This document shows, piece by piece, positions 25,971 through 37,700 of a stretch of DNA of 64,000 bases. A model generated the notes under the pieces. It made no database searches, was not told the DNA's origin, and saw only the letters and a program-made list of their open reading frames with translations. Position 1 is the stretch's first letter; each line of letters begins with the position of its first letter. This DNA comes from Selaginella moellendorffii (lineage: Eukaryota > Plantae > Lycopodiophyta). Position numbers and translations under genes: made by a program. The stretch covers positions 434,001-498,000 of the forward strand of contig NW_003314350.1 in NCBI RefSeq assembly GCF_000143415.4. The letters are read 5' to 3'.

Positions 25971-28900
25971 TTATTGATTTGATATTCTATAAGTTTCTAA
26001 AGAAACTTCAATCATGTCTTGAAGTTCTTTGTCTGGGTTTTTAAAAAGATCTACTTGCCTTACTTCGTTGTAGGTGATTAACATCATTCGCACTATCTCA
26101 AAGTTAAACCTTTTGATGTTTTTAGGTAGATCTTTCTGATGACTGATGAAGTAGCTTTCATTGAGTTCCTTTTTGGCTTTATTAAGCAAGCTTTGCAAAT
26201 ATATTATCGCATCTGCTTCAGTTGCACCCGGATGATCTTTCATATAACAAGAAACTCCTTGTGCTTGTTGTCCAAGTTTCATCTCAATCTAAAACGCAAA
26301 AATAAAAGGATTTTAGTGCTTAAAAATACTATTCTCAGAGAGACACACACATACACACACACACACAGACAGAGAGAGAGAGAGAGAGCAAACCTTATAT
26401 GTTTTCATATCATTGGAAAGCCTAGAGATGATACGATCAAGCTTGAGAGGTTTGCTATCATAAATAGTATTTAATAACTCTTCTGTTAAAAGCTCACCAC
26501 AAAAGAATATGCCCATAAGTACGTGGACCCAACTTGAGACACTAATTTCAGCATTTGCCATGTACTCCTCAAAAGTTGGAATATACCCTTGAATTTTCCA
26601 ACGAGCATCAGCAATGATAGATTTTATGACTTTTATGCACTATGAAGATTACTGTAAATAACACGAAATAGAAAAAACTGATTTAAAATACTTACAATTC
26701 CTAATAAGTATTTGTAAATGAACTCTGGAGATAAATTCTGATGTATTTTGGAAGCTGCCTCAGTCATGACAAGAACAATAGTATAAAATTCTTGAAAGAG
26801 AATCTTATATTCTAGAGAAAGTTCTTGTGACATAGAGATATCCCACCTGGAAGAACAAAAGAGCAAGCATTACTATAACTTGTAGAAGTTTATATATACA
26901 ACCTTTCAATCGCATTTTCGAGATGATCAAGCTCTTTAATGTTGGTTGTGTAGTCCAAAAGATCATCAAATAATGTGTTTATGCAAAAAGTCTTTGTAAA
27001 AAAAACTCTCAACTGGCCAAATTCTTCCTCATGGAAAGTTGAACAAATAAGATAGTGAATATAGGGGATCATGTTGATCTTAGCTTTCAGTCTAGTAGAT
27101 GGGACATTTTCAAAACCTGATGAATGCCACCAGCTAAAAAATTAAAAACACACTAAGTTAGAACATTAGAAGACTAAGAAATGTTTGTTTGCCTACTTGA
27201 CCAATTCTATCATCTCAGAAGGTTGATATGATTGACACTGTTGAGCATATCGATTTGCAAGCTCTAAAAGTACTTTGTTATTCACTAGAGGCAACCTTTA
27301 ACAAAAGAGAGGTAAGAGAAAGTTATAGGATTTTAGAAGTTTAACTATGAATGTCACTTACCGGTAAATAGTTTTAGCAATCCAAGGATCATCCACACCA
27401 TAGTGCTTAATATAGGCATTATTGTAGATTCTTGGCAAGCTGTCATGAAATGGATTTGCTAGCTCAAATGCCACCTGTAGAGACAACAAACACATTAGAG
27501 TTTCCCAGCTATTCATGAATCTCAGACCTCTCCCATGAGGTTCTTCTTCATTGCCCATTTATCCATGTGAGAGCTCTCAACATTAAGCAGATAACCATGG
27601 GAGTACTTGAAAGTCTTTGTAAGAATCTCTTCATTCGGGAAATCAATCTGGGAAGCCCGATGCAAGTTGAGCATTTCAGAGACCCCATGAGAGACTTCAC
27701 CAATAAAGCAGCAAAACTTGTCTCCAGGCAGCCAGAACTGGTTGAATGCATCTGTACGTAGTTCAAACTCATAGATTAATCCACTACAAAAACTATTTAT
27801 ACCTGAAGATACATTATACCCATGCATCCGAAGGATACGGAATGCCATTGCTGTGTCGTCGATGTCCTTGACTAGGCACGTAGATCCCCATCCAATTCCT
27901 TCGTTTGTCCAAGAGCTGGTGCAACCACCATTTAAAGAAGAGCTGCATAAGTATTAAAAGTTCAAAGGCTGTACCTATACACGTAGTTGAGGACAGCCTT
28001 GATCTCATCTCTGAAGAAGACGTCAATGCCCAGGCGCTCAATAGTGTCGACCACCCATAAACTTTCGAAAAGATCGATGGGGTAATGACACGGAACTGCG
28101 AAGTACAGCCGATTAGCACAAAGGATTTGAAGAAGATAGCTAGTTTACCAGCATAATTTTGATCTTTCATAGCTTTTTGCAAGTATTGCAACGACTTCCT
28201 GTCCTTGGTCTTCAAGTAAACACATGCTGTTGACGAGGGCGAGCTCAAAAAGGATCCATCTCTGGACTGAAGCTTAAGGATCTTTTGCCAGTCCATCTCA
28301 AGGCCTTGAAGGCCCTCCAAGGAGTATAGCAACGTCGTGGGAGCCGAATGAAGCCTATCTAAGGGAATCCTGGATGAACACCAAACGTTTTCAAAGCAGA
28401 TATTACGCACATAAAAACTCACTTGGCCAATTTCTTCTTGGTGGAAATCTCTAGCAACCTTGTGAACTCTGTGTCATACGGAAGATCAAGGCCCAGCTGC
28501 TTTGCTTCTTTGAGCATCATTGGGAACGTCACCTCGAAACCTGACAAGAGATCTCCATCGTCTTGCTTCAGCTTAATCATGTTCTCACGCAAAAACTTCG
28601 TGCCTGTGAAGAATTAAAAAGAGTCCAAGGTGTAAACAGAGCAAAAGAACGAGAAGCACACCTTGCGTAATGCAGCTGTGCCCGATGTCCCAGAGCTTGA
28701 GCGTGACCAGGCAGGAGAGCGTGGATAACACTCTGTCATAGAGTTGCAAGTGACGATCATAACCCCATGATCCATCCGAAAGTTGACTGCTGATGATCCA
28801 CTCCAAGGCCTCCGGAAACTCGGGAAGAGAGGAGTCGGATTCAGACCCGATTCGAGCCACCCAGGCGGTATCATAAGCCGAAGGACTGATTTCCCCCTTG

Positions 28901-29301
28901 CCACTCGCGAGTTTCATGAGCCATCCCTTTACTTCCGCGACAAGCAGTGACGTTTCTCTGTGATCAAGCTCCTGGACGTGATCGGCAGGGACGTGGAGAA
29001 TGCCTTGGTATGGCTGTTGCTTCTTTTTCTGGTTCTCCTGTAGGAAGAAATCTCCACTCAAGCTTGTGCTTCGACTTACTGGAGCCTCAGCTGGCTTCTT
29101 GTTATCAAAGCTCAATGAACAGCAGCTAATTCTAGTTGCGGGAGCTGCATTAACAGGCCAGTGTTAGTGCGAAACTTGACAAATTCTCGATTTACTTAAG
29201 CTTCCTTTCCGCGCCTGTGCGTTGCTCTTGATGATACCTCTGCTGGACTTGAGGCTTGCACTGATGCCAGTGTGTTTAACGCTGAACAAAACCGATGCCA
29301 T
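25971..29301 (-). CDS. Bifunctional class II/class I diterpene synthase (TPS-h type, miltiradiene-synthase-like)
   Basis: Transit-peptide-like start [12 protein letters not shown], then [32 protein letters not shown], class II DIDD, class I DDLLD and [16 protein letters not shown]. The exons I checked appear to splice in frame. Confidence 0.93.
26339..26387. repeat. Compound (AC)n(AG)n microsatellite in a terpene synthase intron
   Basis: agacacacacatacacacacacacacagacagagagagagagagagag. Confidence 0.9.
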
Positions 29302-30103
29302 TGCAGAATCTTGCCTCCCTGCCTTGAAATTTGACACGATCTGGAGCACGCATATCAATGTCACGATTAAGGAAGAATCTATCAAGACATATGAAGTAAG
29401 CAAGGGTTTTTACCTTTATTGTAGTAGTTAGGCATTTACTAGGGATTATGCTTGATCTAGGAATTGAGTTTTTCATGTTGATCTTGCTTATCTAAACTTT
29501 AATGGGTTACTTCTCTATTTGGAGGCTCTTGACATATGGGGTATTTATGTTCAGTGTTTGACTTTAAAGGCATTTATATTAGCAGTAGCGCCTAGCACCT
29601 TTCTTCAAGCCAAGGTAAATTCTAATAGTTGGTATCTATTTTTTAGTCTTTCTTGTGGCTAGGAGCTTAACACACACTGTTACAGCACAAACATTTGTAC
29701 TGCTATAAAATATACTTTATTGTTGATATTTGAGACTTGCTGGCCAAATGTGGGAGCTTATGAAACTTCTTTGATGCTAGAGATAGTTTAGAGGATATAA
29801 CTGAGCCTTTTAGGTGGAGCACCTTGAGATATGACCGAAATATGGAATTCGAGGATATATTTTGGCTTGGAGTGGTAGAGATGGTAAAGATACCATGATC
29901 ATGTATTAAATTTTAATTCTTTATTGTGTTTCTTGTCTTTTGCTCTCCAAGAGGGACTACAAACACTTGAAAACACCCTCCTTTGTCCACAAGCTGGTGG
30001 TTGAGCTGTCATACCTTCTAAGCATTTGAGGTGGGTGACTTCTGCTTTTGACCACAGAGATACACGCTCAGGCAGAGAGCCATGACATATTTGGGCCATT
30101 TCC

Positions 30104-30170
30104 ATGACAGTGTATCAACTCGCCCTTCCTGCATCATCCCGGATAAACAAGGTTTTCCATGTATCGGACC
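30104..30170 (+). mobile_element. Ty3/gypsy integrase C-terminal (GPY/F region) fragment
   Basis: VYQLALPASSRINKVFHVS matches the classic YxLxLPxxxxIHxVFHVS motif. Confidence 0.7.
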
Positions 30171-30689
30171 ATAGGCCACCACTAGAGGCAGTAGAGCCTG
30201 TCACCTGTTCTTCTTGGAGAGCGACAGCTTCTTTTCCCGGATCAGGTAGTAGGTCGATGTCCGCAGGCACAGGACTATCCCACGTTATGTGACACATGGG
30301 AGGATCTTGGCCAGCTTTTCGAATGGACTCCAGATATGGCGCCTAGGGGTACGGAAGTCTTTTTCCCCTTCCAGCTCAGCTATCTTGAGCATGATGGAAC
30401 ACGGCAAATTAGAGCAATCTACACAAACACGATTTGTCGTGTAGAAACACTCTCCTTTGTCCACAAGCTGGTGGTGCAACGTTTGGAATCAGAAATCGAG
30501 TAACAGAAACTTAAACGACAAACATTTTCGAAGTATAAACTAACAAAGGAAGAACTTGCTCCGTCTAGGCCCAGGGTGAAGGGCGCCAAAATCTTCCAAA
30601 TGTTTTTGACAGACCATGTCGAAGTCCAAAGACAGAAACCTTGTTTCTTGGAGGGCTACGCTCACAGTTTTTGCCAAGAATGAGAATTT

Positions 30690-30890
30690 TCCAAGGAGAT
30701 GAATGCACGAGAGGCATGTAATCTTCTGGAATGCGATTTCGGCTTACGTCCAAGTCGCGAAAATGGATGAAGTGCAATTCTCATCATCTCGCCCTCGCGG
30801 AATACGAGCGCCAGGAATTGAGAGAATGCCCCGTTGGACCTGGAGCCTGGTAAGCATACGCCCAGCACAGATCCGCAAGCATACACTTAA
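30690..30890 (+). pseudogene. Short PPR remnant
   Basis: MHERHVIFWNAISAYVQ resembles the PPR motif MPERDVISWNAMISAYAQ. Confidence 0.5.
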
Positions 30891-31090
30891 CTCCCTCAAA
30901 TCCCATGAAGTCCATGGGTAGGAAAGTTGGGCTCAAATGTCCTTTTAAGCGTTTGACGGGCAGCGATGCCAGGATCGATTTAATTTATTAACACTAAACA
31001 ATTAGTTTGCCATTTCATACTTTTTGGATCACACAAAGGAGAGTTTACCATCCCATCTTTTGACAGTGCTTGTCTTTCACGTTATAGCAG

Positions 31091-32844
31091 TCAATAAAGA
31101 TCGCCACAACCTTTTTGTTCGCGCTGAAATCTTACTCCAACATAAATTACTCCATCATGATCTGGTCGGGTCTGAATGGCAGGAACGTCCATCAAGAAAT
31201 CAACAACAAAAACTTGCTTTCCATGCTGCTCATGATTTCGTTTTGCTCTTTGCATGCACTCCGCCAGCTGCTCCCGTCTACAATTCACCAAAAGCTCAAA
31301 CCCCTTGGTTCCATCTTTGACGAGTGTATCTAACCGTTTTTGAGATGGCTTTGACGCATCAATCTTCTCTTTCACTTCTGGAAGGACAAGAAAATCACGC
31401 ATTGGATAAGCATGCACTAGAACAGCTTTGAGTCGGCACATGAAAGCAAACTGAAGAGCGTATTCAGCCTGGTTCTGACACTCCTCCATGGTCTGAAGAA
31501 CTTGCATGATAACCCACTTCCCATTAACAACACCCTGCACAGGTGGATCCTCAACCTCCTCACTCGTGATCACACATTGCTTGAGCAATTCGGTAAGCAA
31601 CAAGGGAGAAGAGATCCCCAACGAGTCACCGGATCCTGCCTCTTCACCGCCAAGACGCCTTCAGCTAGCAAGTCCTGCACGCTCTCCAGTTCTTGGTAGG
31701 GCTTCTCCACTGCTTGTACAAATCCCATGACCCGCTCATACCCCTCCTTGCTTCTTGCCTGCGTATTGAAACTGTCCATGATTCGCCAGTACGTAGCTTT
31801 GTCGAAAATGTAAGTCCTGAGTTCATACGAACGAACGCTCTGCCGCCAATCCTTGATCGTGAACAGCTCCATCCGGAGCATGAAAGCCAAGCAGACCCCG
31901 ACCAGTCCTTTATGCCCCGAGGTCAGCTCAAACACTGACGCAGCTATTTCCTTGACGTCCTTGACTGCGCCACCATAGTCTTCATTTGCTTGTTCCAGGA
32001 GTGAAACGATGTCGTCCAGATCAAAACCTGACGCTCGAACGTAGTAATCGTGTGGTAAGGGCGATAGCCTCCTCGGCTCCTCGATCAGACTCTTTCTTCC
32101 GTATCTTCCGTCCAGGAGATCTCGCACAGTCTCCACTCATATCAGAATGCACGACTTGAGGTTGTACAGATCCTTCCTCTGCTTCACATCACGAAGGGTG
32201 GCGAAGAAAACATCCAGGCAGTGTTGCAGCACCAAAGTACTTCGGCGATACGAGACGCATGAAACGAATCAAAGTATCAAACATGGTGGACGTGCTTCAA
32301 CTGGGATTCGCGTCCGCCAGGCCACCCAAGCGAACCGGGTACACTAAACCACTGTCCATCATCTGGCGCATAACAGCCATAGCGGCAGTTGTCTTGCCGC
32401 TTTGCCTCGGCCCCAGCAACGCGCAGTACTTGCCGGCTTCCAGATCACTCCTAAGCCCGGCGTGGATCTCTCCAGGCTCCACAAAGTAATTGGATTCGGG
32501 TGTCACAGCGAGGCCAACCCCAAACCCCCGCCTGTAGCACATCGGGGACGCTCTTGCTCTTGGTCGAAAACTTACGCGATGGCTGAATGCATCCAGAAGG
32601 ACAGGGCGTAGCGTACAGGCAACTCATAGGCGCTCGCCTTCTTCAGCACTGCAGTATTTACAAAGCCAGCACGCCAGAGCTTGGACAAATCCTCTTCCGT
32701 GAAGGCCGAGAGCTCCTGTTGATCGAGACCGCCTTGGAGCAGCGCCTCCTTCACCACACTGCACTGAGGAGCCGCCTGGATCATTTTCTTCGATCCATAG
32801 CTGCAAGCGCACAGGTGAATGCGTCCTACCATCTCCATCGCCAT
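31091..32844 (-). pseudogene. Intronless P-loop NTPase plus C-terminal REase-like protein (Crinkler/CR-effector-like), disrupted
   Basis: Walker A YCALLGPRQSGKTT. C-terminal AEYALQFAF...VLPEVKE...RLDTLV...GFELLV. N-terminal helical FTEEDLSKLWRAGF segment. Premature TGA at 32137-32139 (ILI*VETVRDLL) and several frameshifts. Confidence 0.65.
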
Positions 32845-32901
32845 TAAGCCTTCGCGTTGGAAATTAGGGTTGATATTACTTGTCCAAATTTTTTAAAGGC
32901 A

Positions 32902-34554
32902 ATGGCGAAGCTGTGGATCGCACTAATGTTCTTGCTCATTTCATTTCCATTGCAAGAATCATCAGCGCAGGAAATCGTCAACATAACGATCTTGCACAAT
33001 GCTGTCAAAGAGGGCGCAGGTATTATAATGTTTTTCTATGGTACAAGGATTTTTCTACAAATCTTTCTATCCAGTGTGTCTCGATGGAAGCCCACCAGCG
33101 TATTACTTGCGGAGAAGAAATTCCCCAAATTGGCTCCTGTTCTTGCGGGTATTTTATGATTATACAAAGAACTTGTTTCCAATTTTCCATAGGGTGGAGG
33201 TGTGTGCTATGGCGACAGCAAAGAAAGGTCCTGCTTGAGCCGCAGCACATCAGAACTTGGATCATCGCAACAGATGAGTGAGCAAATCAGCCTAAACTTT
33301 GGTATTTTGAGCATTTCTAAGAAGAACAATCCAGGTCTTTTTTCTTCTTTTTCTTTTGGTAGTGTAAGGAAAAAACTAACTAGCTTAGAAGCTTGCAGAT
33401 TTCTGGAACTGGAATCATGTAGAAATCACTTATTGTGATGGTGGAAGCTACCTTGGAGATGTTGAGAAACCTGTCCAAGTTTTTGATACTGAGACAAACA
33501 AAGTAAACAGTATTTGGAAAGTATTTGTACTATCATTTGGTATTGCAGACCCGCTATCTTTACTACAGAGGGCGAAAGATATGGAATTACACCATCAGAA
33601 ACCTTCTGCAGAAAGGCATGAAACATGCAAACCAGGTAAGGTAAAAGATAATATTTTTTGTAACTATAATTTTATTTTATTTTTTTAGGTTCTTCTATCT
33701 GGCTGTTCAGTAGGGGCTACTGCCACAGCAGTTTATTGCAACGATTTCAAACAGTTATTACCTCATGCAACAGTAAAATGCTTAATGGATGGTGGGCTTT
33801 TTGTGAACCTGTAAGTTATTATAGTGTATATACTATAATCGTAATTAAAGGTTTAATTTTATTACAGGCCTGATATTACAGGAAACTACTCGTTGCAATC
33901 CATTTTTGACATAACAGTGAGGGAACACAATATTACATTGGGCATTGAAAGAAATTATGTTCCAACAAATGCAGCATATAAGGTAAATATTCAATGTTTT
34001 ATTATTTTTATTATGAAAGACATTCTATTTCAGCAACTCTTTCCTCCATATATTTTGCCATCTATTAAGCAACCCATGTTTCTTCTTAATTCTGCATATG
34101 ATACTTGGCAGATTAGAAACACATTACTATACCCAACTGCGGAATGGAGACCATGTGTCTTAAATTCATCTTCTTGCCATCCCAGGCAGCTCCAAATCTT
34201 ACAAGGTACAAAAGATATAAACAACACTCATATTCACAGTTTATGTTTTTTCAGGCTTTAGATCAAGTTTCCTAACAAATATTTCACCTGCTTTTGAGAA
34301 AGAAAAATGGGGTTTCTTCATCAATTCATGTTTTCACCATTGTCAAGGTGACGTTTCCACAGTTCGAGTAAATAACCAGGTAGAATCAATATTTGCTTTT
34401 GGAGGTTTTACTATCTAGTTTGTATTGGCAGACAATTCTGGAAGCAATTGGAAATTGGATGTACGAAAGACAAAAGAAAGTCATCCTAGTGGATTTTCTT
34501 TCATGGCCAAATAATCCAACTTGTGTAACATATTTTGAAGATACTTGGCTTTAA
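32902..34554 (+). CDS. Pectin acetylesterase (PAE/Notum family), secreted
   Basis: Signal peptide, AVCLDGSPPAYY, LRGGGVC, NPDFWNWN, YCDGGS, GCSVG nucleophile motif, SCFHHCQ and the WPNNPTC end. Confidence 0.92.
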
Positions 34555-34723
34555 GAGACAAATATATTTTTATAAAATTTCAAAACCATTTAGAAAATAT
34601 TACACGTATAGATATGTTTGCATGGTTTATGCATGGAACCATACTAAAGTTTCCTAATCTTTTCTAAACTCAAAAGTGTTATGGCGGTGCTGGTGTTCTG
34701 GAATTTTATAACCGGGGCTTAAT

Positions 34724-37700
34724 TTATATACAACATTGGCGGGAATAACAGCAAACAAATCCCTCTACACTAAAGTGGACGATCTCGTTCTTGACATGTT
34801 TTTTCGTTGTTGATCTCGAGTCCGACCATCCACTGTAGAGTTTTACCACTGCGGCTGGAGTAACAAACTCTATGCTGCTAAGATCCAAGCATTTCAATCC
34901 CGCAGCCAATGACAACGCCTTGGATAATTGCTGGACGACTCCATCCTCTACCTCTCCTTCGTCTTCACTGTCTGCAACAATCTCAGTGCTGGAAACTTTG
35001 CTTGCATCACGGCAATTGCCAGCCAGTCTCAATTCCGCAAGGAAACTGTTACCTGCGAAAGCCATAACACGAAGATTAGATATCTGAACTTTCTCTCCAG
35101 GGTCGTACCTCGCAAAGATTTCAAGAGGCTTACGACACCATTTTGAGACAAGCCACAGTCGCTCAAGTCTAGCTTTCGCAGCACACAATTTGGCTTCTTG
35201 ATTTCCTCCACAATTAATTGGACAGACTAGAAAAGCGAGAACATTAGATCACGATTGTGCTGACATGTTGATTACTTACCTGCGAGCTCAAATGGTTTCC
35301 AGCTAAACTCAAAGTCGCCAGTGCTGGACTGGTGACGAGATGCCTGTACAGACGATCACCAACCTCGGGTAATATTTTACAGCCGGTCACGTCTACTGTG
35401 GAGAGGTCTGACGAGTTCTCACTGATGGCATTACCAATTCTCTCCCAAAATTCCTGCAAAAGCCATACAAGTTACTCCAAAGCACCAAAAAGGTGCGACT
35501 CACAGGTCTCATTTCAAGCTGCCTCATTAAGAGCTGGGACAAGGTACTCGTTTCCTGGATTAAGTGAACAATGCCTTCCACTCCCGTGGGGCCACATACC
35601 TGTAACCCGGATATATCCAAGGCCTCGAAACTATATCGGACAAAACCGACCAAAATCATTTCGAAAACCATCGAAAGTATTTCATTTTTTTTGTTACCTT
35701 GGAAGTGTTGCCAACTTCTTTAATAAAGCTGTAAGAGCATACCCAGCTATCGGGTTGTTTTTCCCTGAAGAAGCAAGTCAGCATTTTACTACAGATTCAA
35801 CATACTTGCCAATTGATAGCCTTTGCAAGCATGATCCTGATTGCAGCGCATTCGTGAGTTTCTGGCAAGTCAGAGTGGTCAGGCCGCACTCTTCCACTTT
35901 CAGCGTGTGCAATCCTGGTTCAAACTCAGGTTACTCCATACAATAAAAGCGAAGTAAAGACTCACTAGGTGCGTGTTCTAGTATTCGAGCCAAGTCATGT
36001 CCCACACCATCTGTAAGCAAGTTTCCGGATAGAATGATCACTTCTAGGCGCCGCAAGGTGATGGAACATTTGGAAATCTGCTTGGACAACCGCAAATATA
36101 AAGAAACGTATGCGAAAGTCTAACCTCAGAAAGTGAATTTGCGACCAGGTTGTTGTCGTGCAAGTCGAGCAACAAACCAGTGTCTGAGTTTTTCGTATCG
36201 CCTAGAATTTTCTGAAGACCCGTCAACCTTCCTGAAATCAAAAGCTTAAGGATTTTGGTAGATGCGAAAGTAGTAAAAAATACTTACCCAATTGATTGTG
36301 AGCAAGTTTTATGGAGAACAGTGAGCCAATATCGTCTAACGCCAGGAGCAAAGGCCAGATAGATACGTCGTCAAGGTCACAGTCGCATGCGTCTACTTCG
36401 CCAATTTTAATCTGCTGTACAACAAAATGTTTCTTAACTTAAAAGAAACATTAAGACAATAAAAAAAAAAACCTTAAGCTTGCTCTGGAGCTCCAGACTT
36501 GGCTTGAATTTATGTTTCTTACACGCTAAATCATATCGTTCGACCAACGGGACCGGTATCCATCCTAAAGCCAACATAAAACTGTAAAGAAAACCAACGG
36601 AAGTAAATGACCACACCTGTTATAGACACTGCCACCTCGTGTGAATCAACTTTAGCCAGGTCTTTGTAAATGTTACCAGAAGGTAGTATGGCACCTCCTA
36701 TGGATAACTCCCTCAAAATGGGATGAGGACCTACGAGGAAAGCCATGATAAGTTTCTCGCAGAAAAAGCAGTAATATCAAGCACCTTCTGGCTTTGCAGA
36801 CTTGTAGAGACGTAAAACTTCCTCCAAAAACGCTTCTACAGTTATGAACTCTGGATGCTGAGAAGAGGACAAGCATTTGAGATTCACATGAAGAACATGC
36901 CCGTCTACATTGACATGAACCACCTGAGATCAAATGGATAGAAGAAGATTAGTGTCCAAGCCATAGCAGAAATACAAAAGAAGCTTACGTTGGAGTCGCC
37001 ATGAAGGTTAGAAACATTGTCGACGTCCATCCGCACGGCTCTATCGGCGCTCGCATCCCAGCTCTCATTCGGAGTGAGAGGTGGAGGTGTTCTAGCTCTA
37101 TCGGCGCTAGCACCCGAGCTCTCATTCGGATTACAAGGTGGAGGCGTTCTAGCAGCATTACTTGGAAGAAAATCACCGTTTTCCGAGGTGGATCGTACTT
37201 CCGATGTGGAAGGCACTCCTATTACTTCCGGTGATCCAGGGGTAGCCTGGAAACCAGATTCTCCAGCTCTGCTGGCACTTTCTTGCTCTTCTGTGTCATC
37301 ATCAGATAGCACGATCCGGTGGCGTTTCCGAGAATTTACCGGTGGGACTTTTTTCGCTTCTTGGTGCTCAGAATCGCTGTCCGTTTCTAAGCAAACTAGC
37401 TCATCTTCAGCAGCAGAATGGCCTGGCCTGATCAGGAATTTTACTTTCGTAATCTTGGACTCCACTTCTCTGCATGAGAAAAGAAAAATTAAACGTCATT
37501 GGAGCACTATTATAAATAGTTAGTCCACCTTGCTCGGTCGAAGTCCTCAAAGCGAATATTATAAGCATACTGCATGTTTTCCAGCGCGCTCTTCTGCTGC
37601 TCCAGCATCTCTGTTTCTCCTTCAGACACCGCCAATCTATGTCCAAAAGTAAAACTCAAATGACATAGAAACCGTTCCTTACTCGTATGCTTCCTCGTAA

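Noticed and set aside
25971-34554. Possible diterpenoid biosynthetic gene cluster
   Set aside because: No P450, 2-ODD, reductase or transferase genes lie near the terpene synthase in this window.
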